Of a stretch of DNA of 64,000 nucleotides, positions 1 to 11,888 are shown piece after piece. A model generated the notes under the pieces. That model made no database searches and had not been told where the DNA came from. It was given only the letters and a program-made list of their open reading frames with translations. The number at the start of each line of letters is the position of its first letter. Positions within the stretch are counted from its first letter, which is position 1. Position numbers and translations under genes: made by a program. Source of the stretch: Paraphysomonas bandaiensis (lineage: Eukaryota; Protista; Chrysophyceae); the NCBI GenBank assembly GCA_965644295.1, contig CBFFRP010000433.1:248001-312000 (forward strand), read 5' to 3'.

Positions 1-909
1 GATTAGTAGAGTATAAGATAGTATCAGAGTGAAAAAATACAAGATTGCTGATTTTGTGCTCATAGTGATTAAAAGTTAAATGTTACAATCCTTGTATTTT
101 GGCTATGTAACTGAAAATTAGACCAAAAACTAAATGGAAGAACAAAATCTTTTCTTGCAACAAAAGTCATGTAAAATAGTAGTCGGGAAAATTGAAGTAC
201 CACAGTTTGTACGGGGTTTCAATCGACGATTGCAATGCTTTATCCAGTCAGAACGCAGTTCTTCATTGTATTGGCAGCTTACTCCAGTTCCAGTTTGTCA
301 AGTCGTTGCATCCAGTATTCTATTCCTAATGAGTTCTTCACCTGGCCATATATCTGTGGTCTTTCTCTATATTCTACCTACTTGACAGCTCATACTTTTT
401 TCACATCTTTCTTCCTTGTGATCAGTATCTGATAGGGCTGACACTTGATAAGGCTCTTGCCAGCTATGATAGTGTTTAGAATATTAGTCAGAATGGTAAG
501 ATGAAATATCAGACTAACTACGCTGTCCCCTCATCTCTTAGATTCATATGCTCAAGACGAATCCATGACAGCACATATCAAGGTCAGTGTACTGTATGTG
601 TGTGCTACGAATGCATAAATGCATGAATAGATATGGCTGTATGAGCCATGATGATGATCAAGATATCCAGGAATACAATTGTATACAGAAATATACAATG
701 ATATTATATACCGTACTGTATTGTGAAGAAAGTTTCAGTTTTGAGTTTTCAGTAAACATACCTCTTCAAGATACTCTGACCCCATGCAATTGATGATCTG
801 AGACAGTGGTAATTGTCTATGTATATGTTGCTTCACACACCTCTATGTATCGTTTGAACAGATACTTAATATTGCAGCATTAGACTGATATTAAAAGCAA
901 CTATTCGCC

Positions 910-1178
910 ATGCCTAAGGTACAGTTATATGAACAATGAGATAGTTATATTAATGCTTGCTGTAGCAAAAGAACCACACCGGCAGAAACGCTACTGTGAA
1001 AGCCCACAAAAATGGAATTAAGAAGCGCTCAAAATTCCAGATGAGATCTCTTAAGGGAGTAAGTACAGGTGAACAATAACATTTTTGTTGCTTACTTCTC
1101 TTATAGATGGATCCTAAATTCTTGCGCAACTTGAGATTTTCCAAGAAGAATAACAAGAAGGCTACCAAGGCTGAATAG
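910..1178 (+). CDS. RPL29: 60S ribosomal protein L29 (eL29), 3 exons (910-918, 966-1058, 1107-1178)
   Basis: Not in the ORF track. Splicing the GT-AG introns 919-965 and 1059-1106 gives [57 protein letters not shown], which has the eL29 motifs KNHT, NGIKK and [11 protein letters not shown]. Confidence 0.95.
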
Positions 1179-1735
1179 TTCGTCTTTTACGTTCTAAATA
1201 ACTTGACAATGCTGCTAATTTATTGAAGTTTCCTTTTCTCTGTATTTTAACCGGCATTTGTAGCGCTCTTAGATCTGAGTGATAACTTCACTGCCTTACA
1301 TAGCTGCACAGTAATAGCGGAAATCGGACCGCTAGCTACGTTAGTACTTGTTCAGAGGGTCACCACATTTGTCAATTAGCCTGTAGTTCGTAGACTAATA
1401 TCCTGTTCTGATTATATAACATCTATGCTACCAAAATTAAGTATAGCATAGGTGAATTTGTGAATAGTAGAAAAGCAACTGACGTATCCTACGCTTGCGT
1501 TTCAGTGATGAGTGCTACAGCTACACACCGACGCAATAGCTGACAACTCACTGCAATTGTTTGTTTAGTCTAATATGGGGTGTAGGTCGTTCACGTCGAG
1601 TGGTGATAAAAGCAGTGAAGAGTTGAATGATCACCTTAACTACTAAAATGCATGACTAACACTTGTACTTCATAGTACACCGTACACCTCGGAAAGAAAG
1701 TTGTGATACATTACACATACTGGTACAACTAATGC

Positions 1736-2772
1736 TTACTTCTTATTTAAGATATTGTGACACAATTCAAATGTCACAAAAAATAACATATTCCATGGTG
1801 CTAAACGTAGCCATGTGGCAAAGAATCCTCTGTATAGACCAAAGATACCGTGTGTTCTATACATTCCTTGTAAGCTTGACATCATACCAACAGGATTAGC
1901 ATCTGTAGGGTCGGCTGTCATAAGTAGTGTCTTACAACGATCAATAGGAGCAGAAACAATAGATGCAACCAACCCGCTCATAAGAGACGAAAACAAGTGT
2001 GTTCCCAAAGTTTTGCCACCAAGGATACCATTCTCTACTATTAAGCCCTTGAAATAATCGTAGGTTGCTAGCTCTGCTGCATTTACAAGAAATGCGCGCT
2101 GGCAACTTGGCATAGCACCGGCCCAGAGAGCAGAAAGTCCGCCGTAATCGTAAAGGCGAAAGAGTTCTGCATACAAGCTTACGGAAGAAGTATCGTGTGA
2201 TGCATTTGCTTGGGATCGTACTTTTATAACCTGTGGAGTGACTTTGTCTAAGAATCATAACTATATAACCATACATTCCTTACATCAAAAGGATTGGTTA
2301 TCCAGGCACCAAGTGATCCTGCTAATCCCCCCGCTAGTACCAGCAGCCAAACTGGAGCAGAAAATGACGCCATCTCAGAATCAGATAAAAACAACGATAA
2401 TAGGCCATCCCGTAGATACGCGTACGACATCATTTTAACACTTTGATATATAAACTGGCGCAACAGTGCTGGTGTAGCACCTTTCCATAGAGCAAACATG
2501 CCCTCATTACGTCCGATTGCTAGAATAGTCCCCAATAGCCCAAGGGCTTCCTTGCTAGCAGTTCCAACTTGAATTCTTACTTTAGCGACCTCTAAAGGCG
2601 TCGTAAAAAATTCAGCTGGACACGACGCAATTCCGCCAGCTATCGTCATAGACCAGTTCATTGCAATGGTGGATTTATACACACTAGCTGCCCATAGGTC
2701 TACATATCCAAATACATATAATAGCAATACAGAGGTCACAACTATTGCAACACCAATCCTGGCACTAGACAT
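1736..2772 (-). CDS. Mitochondrial carrier family protein (UCP / 2-oxoglutarate-malate carrier-like), 2 exons
   Basis: Three Px[DE]xxK signatures (PLEVAKVRIQ, PFDVIKVR across the intron at about 2232-2284, PIDRCKT), plus LWKGATPALLR and LYRGFFATWLRLAPW. Confidence 0.9.
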
Positions 2773-3273
2773 ACTACACTATAGCTTTCTATCAGCACTC
2801 TGTAATTAATTCTTCACAAGTGATACACACACAAAGGAGCATCGTGTCTTAGATTGTTGCTAATGAGGAAGTGAGCACAGAGGGTGGATATAATGTATAT
2901 ATAAGCTAAGGAAATAATTCAATACTATGAAATTTGCTGTAGACAATGATGTCCACTGGGCAGCAGTGTAGTGTATATAGTGTGCTGTATACCGTATATT
3001 GTACACTGTATATGGTACATATGGATACGGACATACCAGTACGTAGTATGAAGTAGTGTACTGCTGTACATCACATTATGGTGTAGTGTTGTATGATTCT
3101 ACGGGTACACTACACAAGTACGTATTCATAACTGCAGTATGACAGTTGAGTGCAGTGGTACAGGAGGATATCGTATGACAGTGCACAGCTTTAACGAGGT
3201 CTCCTTATACACCTTTAAGTATCCCTATACTGCTTTTGGAGTCTATGATATTATAACAAAACAGAAGGACAGG

Positions 3274-4592
3274 ATGCATTCAAAGGATTTGTATGGGCCG
3301 TTAGTTGGCGTTATGTATCTATTATATATAGTCAACTGTACGATGCAATTATCACCTCAACGTCATAACTGTTTGTATTAGATGCTGATGCGGGTATACA
3401 GCCCGAAGAAGAGGAAAGTTTTGTTGGTGATATCGTTGCTGGTCATGTAGGTGTCTTATGCATTCACGAGTAATAGGATCATACATGTTCGTAGATTAAG
3501 TTGATCCAACGATTGGGATCTGGTGCTGATGGTGTCGTGTTTCTTGGACAGAGTATTAATAATCAAGAGAAGTATGCTGTAAAAATGGAAAAGTTTCATA
3601 TTAAAAGTTCAAAGCTGAGTCATGAATATTCTGTGACAAGTTTAATGAGAGCAGCAGGTGCAATTCACTGTAGCTTTATTATTTAAACTTTGGTTGCAGA
3701 GGGCTTTGTGAAAGTTCATTGGTATGGTTCCCATAAAGGTTATAGAGCAATGGCTGTTCAGCTTGTTGGAAGAAACCTCGAGCAAATATGTGCCAGAGGT
3801 CGTGAACGTTGCAGTTTGCAAACAGTTTTATCAGTGGTACATTGATTAAAATCGTGTTTCCCTTCGCTATAATATATAGAAACAGGGAATTCAGCTGATT
3901 AATCTACTCGAACGACTTCACAACACGAATTATATCCACGGGTAATGCTTTATTATGATAACTAAATCTGCAATGTGTTACGCATGCTCGCAGAGACCTC
4001 AAACCGAACAATATAGCTGTAGGAACAGGTGAAGCTGACAGTGGGGTAGTGTATTTGATAGATCTCGGGGACTCTAGGGAGTTTGCATCCCCAGAATCTG
4101 GAATTCACGTGAGCTATCAAGATGGGCAGCGGGTCATCAGTAGTCTTAGATACGCGTCATTAAACGTTCTCCTCGGACTTGGTAGGTGCCAACTTATTAG
4201 ATGCTGACTTTCGTTTATTAAGAGTTATGATCAGCCCCAACCAGACGGGATGATATGGAGTCGTTGGGTTATTCTCTTATTTCTTGCTTACGTCCACTGC
4301 CTTGGCACCACATTCCTGGTTCGAGTAGGGCTTCCAAGATTCGACACGCGATAAATATTCGTGCTGACGTTACTGTGTCGCAATTGTGTAGTGGTCTACC
4401 AGGTGTGGTAAGAAAGATAGAAACATTGAAATAATACTTTTCGTAGGAGAATTTCAACTATTCATGAGTCATGTGAAGGGTTTAGGTTACAGTGAACAAC
4501 CGAATTACGTCTTCCTCAGACAACTTTTAATTGGTGCCATGGCACGGCTAAATTTAAATATTATCTCTAAAACTGATGTCATTGACAGTTAG
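3274..4592 (+). CDS. Casein kinase 1-like protein kinase, about 8 exons; start uncertain
   Basis: Spliced translation shows GSGADGVV, AVKME, HGDLKPNN, YLIDLG, SLRYASLN, RRDDMESLGY, LPW and EQPNY, in CK1-family motif order. Stop TAG at 4590-4592. Confidence 0.85.
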
Positions 4593-4745
4593 GATTGTAT
4601 TAATGTGTATATATACCTTGTTTTATATAATTGGAAGTTTTAATCGTATAGTTTTTTAAACAGATAGATAGTATATGGTGTTATATATAGTAACCATCTA
4701 CTTCTGTTTTGAGTTCTCATTTAAAAAAAACGTAACTATCTGTAG

Positions 4746-4892
4746 CAGGGCCTGGTAACCATTAATGGCCCATTAATGGAAGTGCGGTTCCCGGCAATAA
4801 AAATGACATTAATGACAAATGTCCCGGCAATTATGATGGCATTACTATTAATGGCCATTAATGCCATTACCATTAACGGTTACCAGGCCCTG
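4746..4892. mobile_element. 147-bp hAT-type MITE
   Basis: TIR CAGGGCCTGGTAACC...GGTTACCAGGCCCTG, with an exact 8-bp TSD ATCTGTAG at 4738-4745 and 4893-4900. Internal CATTAATG repeats. Confidence 0.92.
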
Positions 4893-5966
4893 ATCTGTAG
4901 TAGCGATAGAGAATGACACGGAATGTTGCAAGATATTGAGTAAGTTAGCTGTTCAGTTACTTTTAAGTTCAACTCTTCACTTTTCAGAACACATCAAGCC
5001 TTTATCATCTGTCATATTAGCTTACTGTACATGATGGTGTCAAACGTTAAACTGTGATCGAGTTGAATATACAGCGAATATTATCTATATCTTTTGTCGA
5101 ACTAACTTCATCATGTCGGTACTATAGTATAGTGTTTAAATATTGTACATATATTCACGACTGGTTAAATATTGCAAAATAACTTAGTTGTCTCTTGGCT
5201 GTATAGAACTATATAGATAACATATCTCTTCCAAAGTTATCAACTCCTATATACTATATATATTCTCTGAATGATTGCACTTTAGTTTAAGTAGGAAACC
5301 GTTCAGTTTCTCTGCTAGATAGGTAAATTGTCTAATGAAGTTTTAAATCTAATATGCGATGAACTCATATTTTACATGACTACACAAAATTTTGATTTGT
5401 CATTCTCTCAGTCACTCCAAAGCCCTTTATTTCTATTAGGTGGGACATCAGGTTCTTTCATAGGATTCGAAGACGTTCACACAAGCAAGTCGTATTTATT
5501 ATTTATGTTCCCATTCGGCCCAAGCTTTTGCTGTAAGTATCTAGTAATTCTCAAAACACAACGTGAAGGTGCAATATCACTACATGACAACAACTATCAG
5601 TTAGCAGTTAGTGTCCTCACCAATTTAATCACAACTGAATCTAAATGCACTTCAATTCTAGCCGTGATAAAAGTCGTCCGTCAACGTATTTTAATTCGAT
5701 TCAGTGAGTAATCATTTTGCAATGATATGTTTCTGTTTGTTTTTTAAATACGAATATACATACGCTTTAGGACTGATCAGCATTACTAGGATGTATACCG
5801 ACCAACAAAACCGACACAATTATCTGAGGAGGAAGTTATTATTATGACATCTGCCTATTTGCCCCAATATAAAGTCGCACAAGTGCATATCAATATAAGT
5901 ATCTAACTTTACATCACAAGTGATGCCAAATGATTCACTAGGGAAAATAAACAACACTATGCCGCC

Positions 5967-6491
5967 TTATCTCCCTCCTCGTCCACCACCTCTACCCCCG
6001 CGCCCCCCTCGGCCACCACGTCCACCTCGCCCTCTACCTCCTCGGCCAGGCTTTGGTTGAATTCTTGACAAGGCATGCTTGGGGGTGTCATCAATTAAGA
6101 GGGTATCCAAGTTCAAACTGTCCGGTAGAATATAATATCTAATATTGTTCCCACGAATCGACAGGAAGTCGTGATTGACTGGGTTCTTTCCTTTCACCGT
6201 CGCTTTCACATTTCTCAAATACGTGTTCATTGACACATCAACACCTGTATATATATACATACGCATGAATGAGACTAACATAAAGCAATATCCACTATAC
6301 ATAACCCAACCTGTGATAGTTCCCGATACAACTGTCCCATTCTTCAACTCAATGGTGACAGACTCATTATTGAGCTTCATTAAAAATCTGTCGCATGCAT
6401 ATGATTACATACATACACACTCAACACATACATACACATACATACACATTGAGATATATACAGATGCTGTTACGTACCTCACAAGTTTCAT
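5967..6491 (-). CDS. SNRPD1: Small nuclear ribonucleoprotein Sm D1, 3 exons
   Basis: MKLVR|[20 protein letters not shown]...GVDVSMNT...[24 protein letters not shown] followed by an RG/GRGG tail. Confidence 0.96.
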
Positions 6492-7092
6492 GGTGCTCGG
6501 AATTTAGAAAAGGAACCCTGCAAATCCAGCTAACCTGGGCAAATAATATTAATATCGGACAGTACCTTCGACTGCTCTGTAATGTTTGTATGTGATGGGT
6601 TGCAATATATATATATATATATATGTGCATGTATGCATGCTGTATGCTGTATGATGCTGTATGTATGTATGTATGTGTTGCTATTGCTGCACCGCATACC
6701 ATCAAATATACAGCATGCTCTTATACAGTGTATTCAAAGAATACCTTGGAATACGAGATCATTTGTGAGAGAGAATACGGTATATATACGCTTCTGTATA
6801 GCCTTCTTGTGTTTAGTACTGCAGTATGTATACGATAGAGTACCTACCTACAGTACAGCAGTACATATACATACATACACCTACAGGTATGGAAGGTGTA
6901 TTTTTTTCTCTAGGGTTTGGAATGGATGGTGCTTTACGTCTATATACTCTGCATATATTACACGCACAGTCATTGCACATAGCTAAGATAGCACCTATAG
7001 AAGGGTTGCAACGGGAGCCGATTGTCCATTGGTTATATTCAGTGATATAACAAAGGGTACTGTTTTTATACGTCCTAGTTATCAGTTGAATT

Positions 7093-8820
7093 ATGTCTGA
7101 GGAAACTAGTGCCGTTAATGCATCTCCTGCACAAGAGACATCAGCTGTGAATGCATCTCCTGCACAAGAGACATCAGCTGTGAATGCATCTCCTGCACAA
7201 GAGACATCAGCTGTGAATGCATCTCCTGCACAAGAGACATCAGCTGTGAATGCATCTCCTGCACAAGAGACATCAGCTGTGAATGCATCTCCTGCACAAG
7301 AGACACCAGCTGTGAATGCATCTCCTGCACAAGAGACATCAGCTGTGAATGCATCTCCTGCACAAGAGACATCAGCTGTGAATGCATCTCCTGCACAAGA
7401 GACATCAGATGTGAATGCATCTCCCGCACAAGAGAGTGTCAGTGCAACTCATCCAAATGATTCAGAAAATAACGATAAGGAGTTGAAGAGGAAAAGAGAG
7501 GAACTTACAAGTGATTTGAATGAAAGTGAGGAGGAGGACAACAAAAAGGCTAAATTAGAGACCGAAACTGCTGCAGTAAATGTTCCGCCATATATGACTG
7601 AAAATGGAGAGTATATTGAGAAACTAGAAGTTTCACCAGCTAAAGTTGGTCAAGTAAGTACAACACTAGTTCATGAAAACTGAATTTTACATCGATTCAA
7701 TTAGATTATTGGATCGAAAGGTGCTATTATACAAGAAATGCAGGCTCGGTCGGGATGTAAAATTGATGTAAACCAAGATTTTCCGGAAGGTGTTAATCGT
7801 GTGGTAACTTTCATAGGTTCAAAAGAACAGATCGCTGCTGCCAGGAAGCTTGTTGACATGGTTCTAGAGAATGGTCCTGCTGCTATACACATGTTGAACG
7901 GCCCCGTCGTTACCCAGGAAATGGAATGCGCGCAGTCGCTAGTTGGTAGAATCATTGGGGCAGGTGGGGCAACTATCCGTGACATCCAAACCCGGTGCTC
8001 TGCAAAGGTACAAATCGATCAGGATTTCCCTGAGGGAGTGCCCCGAAAGATCCATATTACTGGCAACGCTGGTGCAGTGAATCAAGCAGCGATGATGATA
8101 AAGTATGTGATTGATAACGGGCCGCCTGGGCCTATGGGATTGCCCTCCTTCGGTATGGATGGCAGTATGGGCATGCCTCCACAACAGGTTGCACCATCCA
8201 ACTCAGGCTCACAGGTTATCGAGTGTGCGAAACAGTTCGTGGGGCGAATTATTGGACGCGGCGGTGAGACTATAAATCTAGTCCAGGGTAGAAGCGGTGC
8301 CCGCGTGCAGATTGATCAGAATGTTCCAGAAGGCACCCCGTGTAAGGTCAATATAACGGGGCTTCCCCAATGTGTGGCAACGGCAGCACAGATGGTGCAG
8401 GAAATTATTACCAATGGACCGAACCGCTTGAGTATGATGGGTGCACCGGGTGGAATGGGTGCACCGGGTGGAATGGGAGGCATGGCAGGTGGATATTACG
8501 GACAGCAGCCAATGGCATACGGCATGCCCCAGTATGGATATCCTCCCCAGCAGCAGGGTGGAGTGTATCCGCAGCAAAACTTGTATATGGCCCCTCCTCA
8601 ACAGCACCAATATGGGGGCACCTATTCCCAGCCAAGTGCCTCGGTCTACCAAAATGGGGCGTCAGGATGGAATGGACAGCAGACTCAGCCGCAGCAAACG
8701 ACGACGGCTAAACCGTCCGCACTCCCTGCTGGGTGGTCGGAGCACAAGACAGATGATGGAAACACGTTTTGGTATAACTCAGGGACAGGAGTTTCGCAAT
8801 GGGAGCGCCCCACAAACTAG
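7093..8820 (+). CDS. KH-domain RNA-binding protein (FUBP/KSRP-like; 3 KH domains) with C-terminal WW domain; intron 7654-7704
   Basis: Three GxxG KH motifs (IIGSKG, IIGAGG, IIGRGG), a Gly/Pro/Gln-rich linker and a WW domain LPAGWSEHKTDDGNTFWYN...SQWERP. Confidence 0.9.
7102..7431 (+). repeat. Coding minisatellite, 10 x 33 bp (ETSAVNASPAQ)
   Basis: Near-identical tandem units gagacatcagctgtgaatgcatctcctgcacaa, in frame. Confidence 0.97.
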
Positions 8821-9410
8821 ACCTCACATGAGATGAGCTTCATATGATGTAGGTGCTACTGCTTATTATATGTCACTACAACTGTAACCGTGTTGTGCAC
8901 ACTTGATATGCACATGTTAAACAGAATTTATGCTGGTGCTGTGCATATGGAAAAAACACTACTGCTACATGTATTATCTGTGAATGATAATGCTCTGCTG
9001 TCGTGATTTGTCTGTTCATCTCGTATCTGCGCGTCATGTAAGCATTTATGAATAATTTCGGACTGCCATATGATCAGTTCGTTGAGGTAAGACGCTCCCA
9101 GCAGTACGTTTTTTGGTACATTTTATTTGGTGGCGGGAATAGTTTTTAATTAGTTTATTTTCATTTATTAGTAACTTGGAATAATGATAATAATTTATCG
9201 GTTAAAGCATCGTAAAATTGTCGAAAGATATAACGATGAGAGAGGAGGGTTGGGGTAAAGCTAAGTAATAGTACAGCAAATAGCTAACCGGGGAATGTTT
9301 CAACAATATTACAGAAACTGAAAGCATTGTTGTGTATGTTGAAACCTGAGAGTCACAATGAAAGTAAGTAATCTTTTAAAATGAAAATTAAGCATGAAAG
9401 ATATATATAT

Positions 9411-9792
9411 ACTTAGTAACACTTACTTCTATTCACACTTAGTAACAACTTAGTAACACTTACTTCTATTCACACTTAGTAACAACTTAGTAACACTTAC
9501 TTAGTAACACTTACTTCTATTCACACTTAGTAACAACTTAGTAACACCATATATATAATATATGAACTTAGTAACACTTACTTCTATTCACACTTAGTAA
9601 CAACTTAGTAACACTTACTTAGTAACACTTACTTCTATTCACACTTAGTAACAACTTAGTAACACCATATTTATATGAATATTATATATATGGTGTTACT
9701 AAGTTGTTACTAAGTGTGAATAGAAGTAAGTGTTACTAAGTAAGTGTTACTAAGTTGTTACTAAGTGTGAATAGAAGTAAGTGTTACTAAGT
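9411..9792. repeat. Fold-back complex repeat built from ACTTAGTAAC modules
   Basis: Two direct blocks (9411-9553 and 9566-9670) and one inverted block (9688-9792). 9566-9670 and 9688-9792 form a perfect 105-bp inverted repeat with a 17-bp spacer. Confidence 0.93.
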
Positions 9793-9829
9793 GTCGAAAG
9801 GTTATGTAAGTAAAAGTTACGTTGTATCG

Positions 9830-11380
9830 AATGTTAGTTAATGGTAAAAATGAAACAAACTAAGACTAAGGAACAGATAGCAAAAAATATTACTAAATAA
9901 GTAGAAACAAACGATGCAGGAAGCAGTGTTAAGTCAGCCGACGGAAATGAATTGGTTTCAGTGAGCTGGTCATGATACCGTGATGTCTCCAGTTCGGCTG
10001 TTCGAGCTGCCACATGCTGCTGCTCGTTTAAAGTATCCATTCCCTTGCGGCGAATATTAGTAACGAATCATTTCATCCAGTGTATCTGGACAAGTAAGAG
10101 CATGCAATGTCTGATAGAAGGGATCAGGACTGCGGTCTTCCATGATCGAACACTCTGCAGGATCGTCAGGCAAGGGAGTAAAATCTTCCTCAAGCTCCAG
10201 AGCGCAAGTAAAACTCCAGGATTGTCAGGCAAGGGAGTTTTACTTGCGCTCTGGAGTATATTCTGGATACGAGTGTATGGATGGGAGTTCTATGAGCTCT
10301 ACTGGGATGCCCTTCGCGCTAACGAGAACAAAAGCGTCGTTTTTCATCGTCTTGTCCAAAAAAATATACCGCAGAAGCCAATCAGAAATGGAGCATGCCA
10401 ATAAAGAAGTGTCACTCCAGGCAACACTCACTGTGAGGACACGAATCTTAGTCGTGATGATAACTCTGACTTGATTGCAGTGAAGTTGTGATTGTGTAGT
10501 AATCGCAAATGCGGCTGACTAAAGTGTGACGTCGAACAGAACATTGAAGTATGGGCAGGCACTGGTATGTGAACAGCGTTTTGGAACTCCAAGAAGCAGA
10601 TAGGGATGGTTTGAGGGAACAAGATACCATCATCCAGCTGAAATCTTGATGTCGTGCTGCAGAAACCGCAACTTCAATTTTGAAGTAGCGAATGCCACGC
10701 ACTTAGATAGTGATGTCTTGGAATTCCAATAAGGCAACAATTCTGTGTGTGGGAATATAAGATCCAGCAGAATATGTCGATCCAGCAAAAAAATCCAGGT
10801 TTTTTTGATGCATGCTGTTTTTTGACGAATATATTTCAGAGAAATAACGAAAAAAGGTCGATTTTTTTGCTGGATCGACATATTCCGCTGGATCGACTTA
10901 TTCCCACAGAAGGAATTTGAGAGAGCGAATACACTGTGAATCGTGCCATTATTAACTGTGAGTTCGTATTGCAAGCTTCATCACTATGCGGGAGAGCTAT
11001 TGTGAAGGTTTATGCCTCATTATCGACAAAATGAGCGTGACAAGTGGGTTCCCGTGACCTGTAGAAAAGCGGAGAGTGTATGTCTCGAGGTTATTGAAGA
11101 CGACGCAAGCAAGCAGTATGCCTATTAGTATTGGAGGGGAGAAAAGCATTTGAAATGCGCAGTGAAAGTTCAGTCCGAGTACGTCGTTGATTCATGTGCT
11201 GATTTACAGCATGAAACCGTGTTTGAAATGGAAAAAGAAGACCATGCAGGTGAGGTAGTGGATATGCTCGACTTACTGAGCAATGCTCTCAGTCGTGGTA
11301 AAAAGAGAAATAATGTATCAGAAATGGCTTTAAGCTCCAGAGACTCCCGGCTAGTGTCAGGTAATAAGTATTGGTACTAG
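9830..11380. pseudogene. Decayed coding or transposon-like remnants between two convergent genes
   Basis: Higher-GC broken reading frames on both strands with stops and frameshifts, a local inversion hairpin and a MITE-like insertion. No recognisable domain. Confidence 0.3.
10748..10908. mobile_element. MITE-like element with about 45-50 bp imperfect TIRs
   Basis: TGTGGGAATA...GATCCAGCAGAATATGTCGATCCAGCAAAAAAATC is mirrored by GATTTTTTTGCTGGATCGACATATTCCGCTGGATC...TATTCCCACA. No clear TSD. Confidence 0.7.
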
Positions 11381-11888
11381 AGACTAGAGTAGTAGAGTGT
11401 GTAGCTGGAGTACTATTGGTCTGTTGAGTAATAATCAGTTCATTCATTGGGGTACAGTTATTGCTTTTCTGTTACATGCGCAAGCAATAATGAGAACTAG
11501 ATGGTGTACTGTAATGAACTATAAGATTAGGTGAAATTTAGCATATATCAAGATTTGTCGTTAATTTGCAGCAAACGCATGCATGTGTATGTAGCATTGC
11601 TTGATGTTCGACCCCATCCTAAGCCTAGGTATATATATATTAAACATATAATGTAAATAGTACGTCGTGAAAGTAGAATGTCGAGAGAGCGAAAATGCTG
11701 AAAGATCTGATTAGAAAATGTCAAACTTCACTTCTTAGGGTAGACTTATTATCACAGTCATCAAGCTTTCCAAATACATTTTTCTGTCGTTTCATTTATC
11801 AACACACCACTTACATGCTTTTCAATCTACTGCTATGTGTACACTTAACCTACTCTTATTCCCGTTCTCATCCAAAGATTGAGAAAAT

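Noticed and set aside
1-800. Short ORFs upstream of RPL29
   Set aside because: I could not build a consistent spliced model or find a recognisable domain.
1279-1633. Telomerase, RNase P/MRP, SRP or U3 RNA as the identity of the structured block
   Set aside because: No CCCTAA-type template, P4 motifs, SRP helix-8 motif or U3 box A/B were seen on either strand.
3283-3305. DLYGPL resembles the Yip1 signature
   Set aside because: There is no Yip1 multi-TM domain; the exon splices into a kinase.
5328-5711. 127-aa ORF between the kinase and SmD1
   Set aside because: Non-ATG start, no motifs, and no supporting splice structure.
7102-9792. CRISPR-like appearance of the 33-bp and ACTTAGTAAC repeats
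   Set aside because: No unique spacers, no cas genes, and a eukaryotic intron-containing context.
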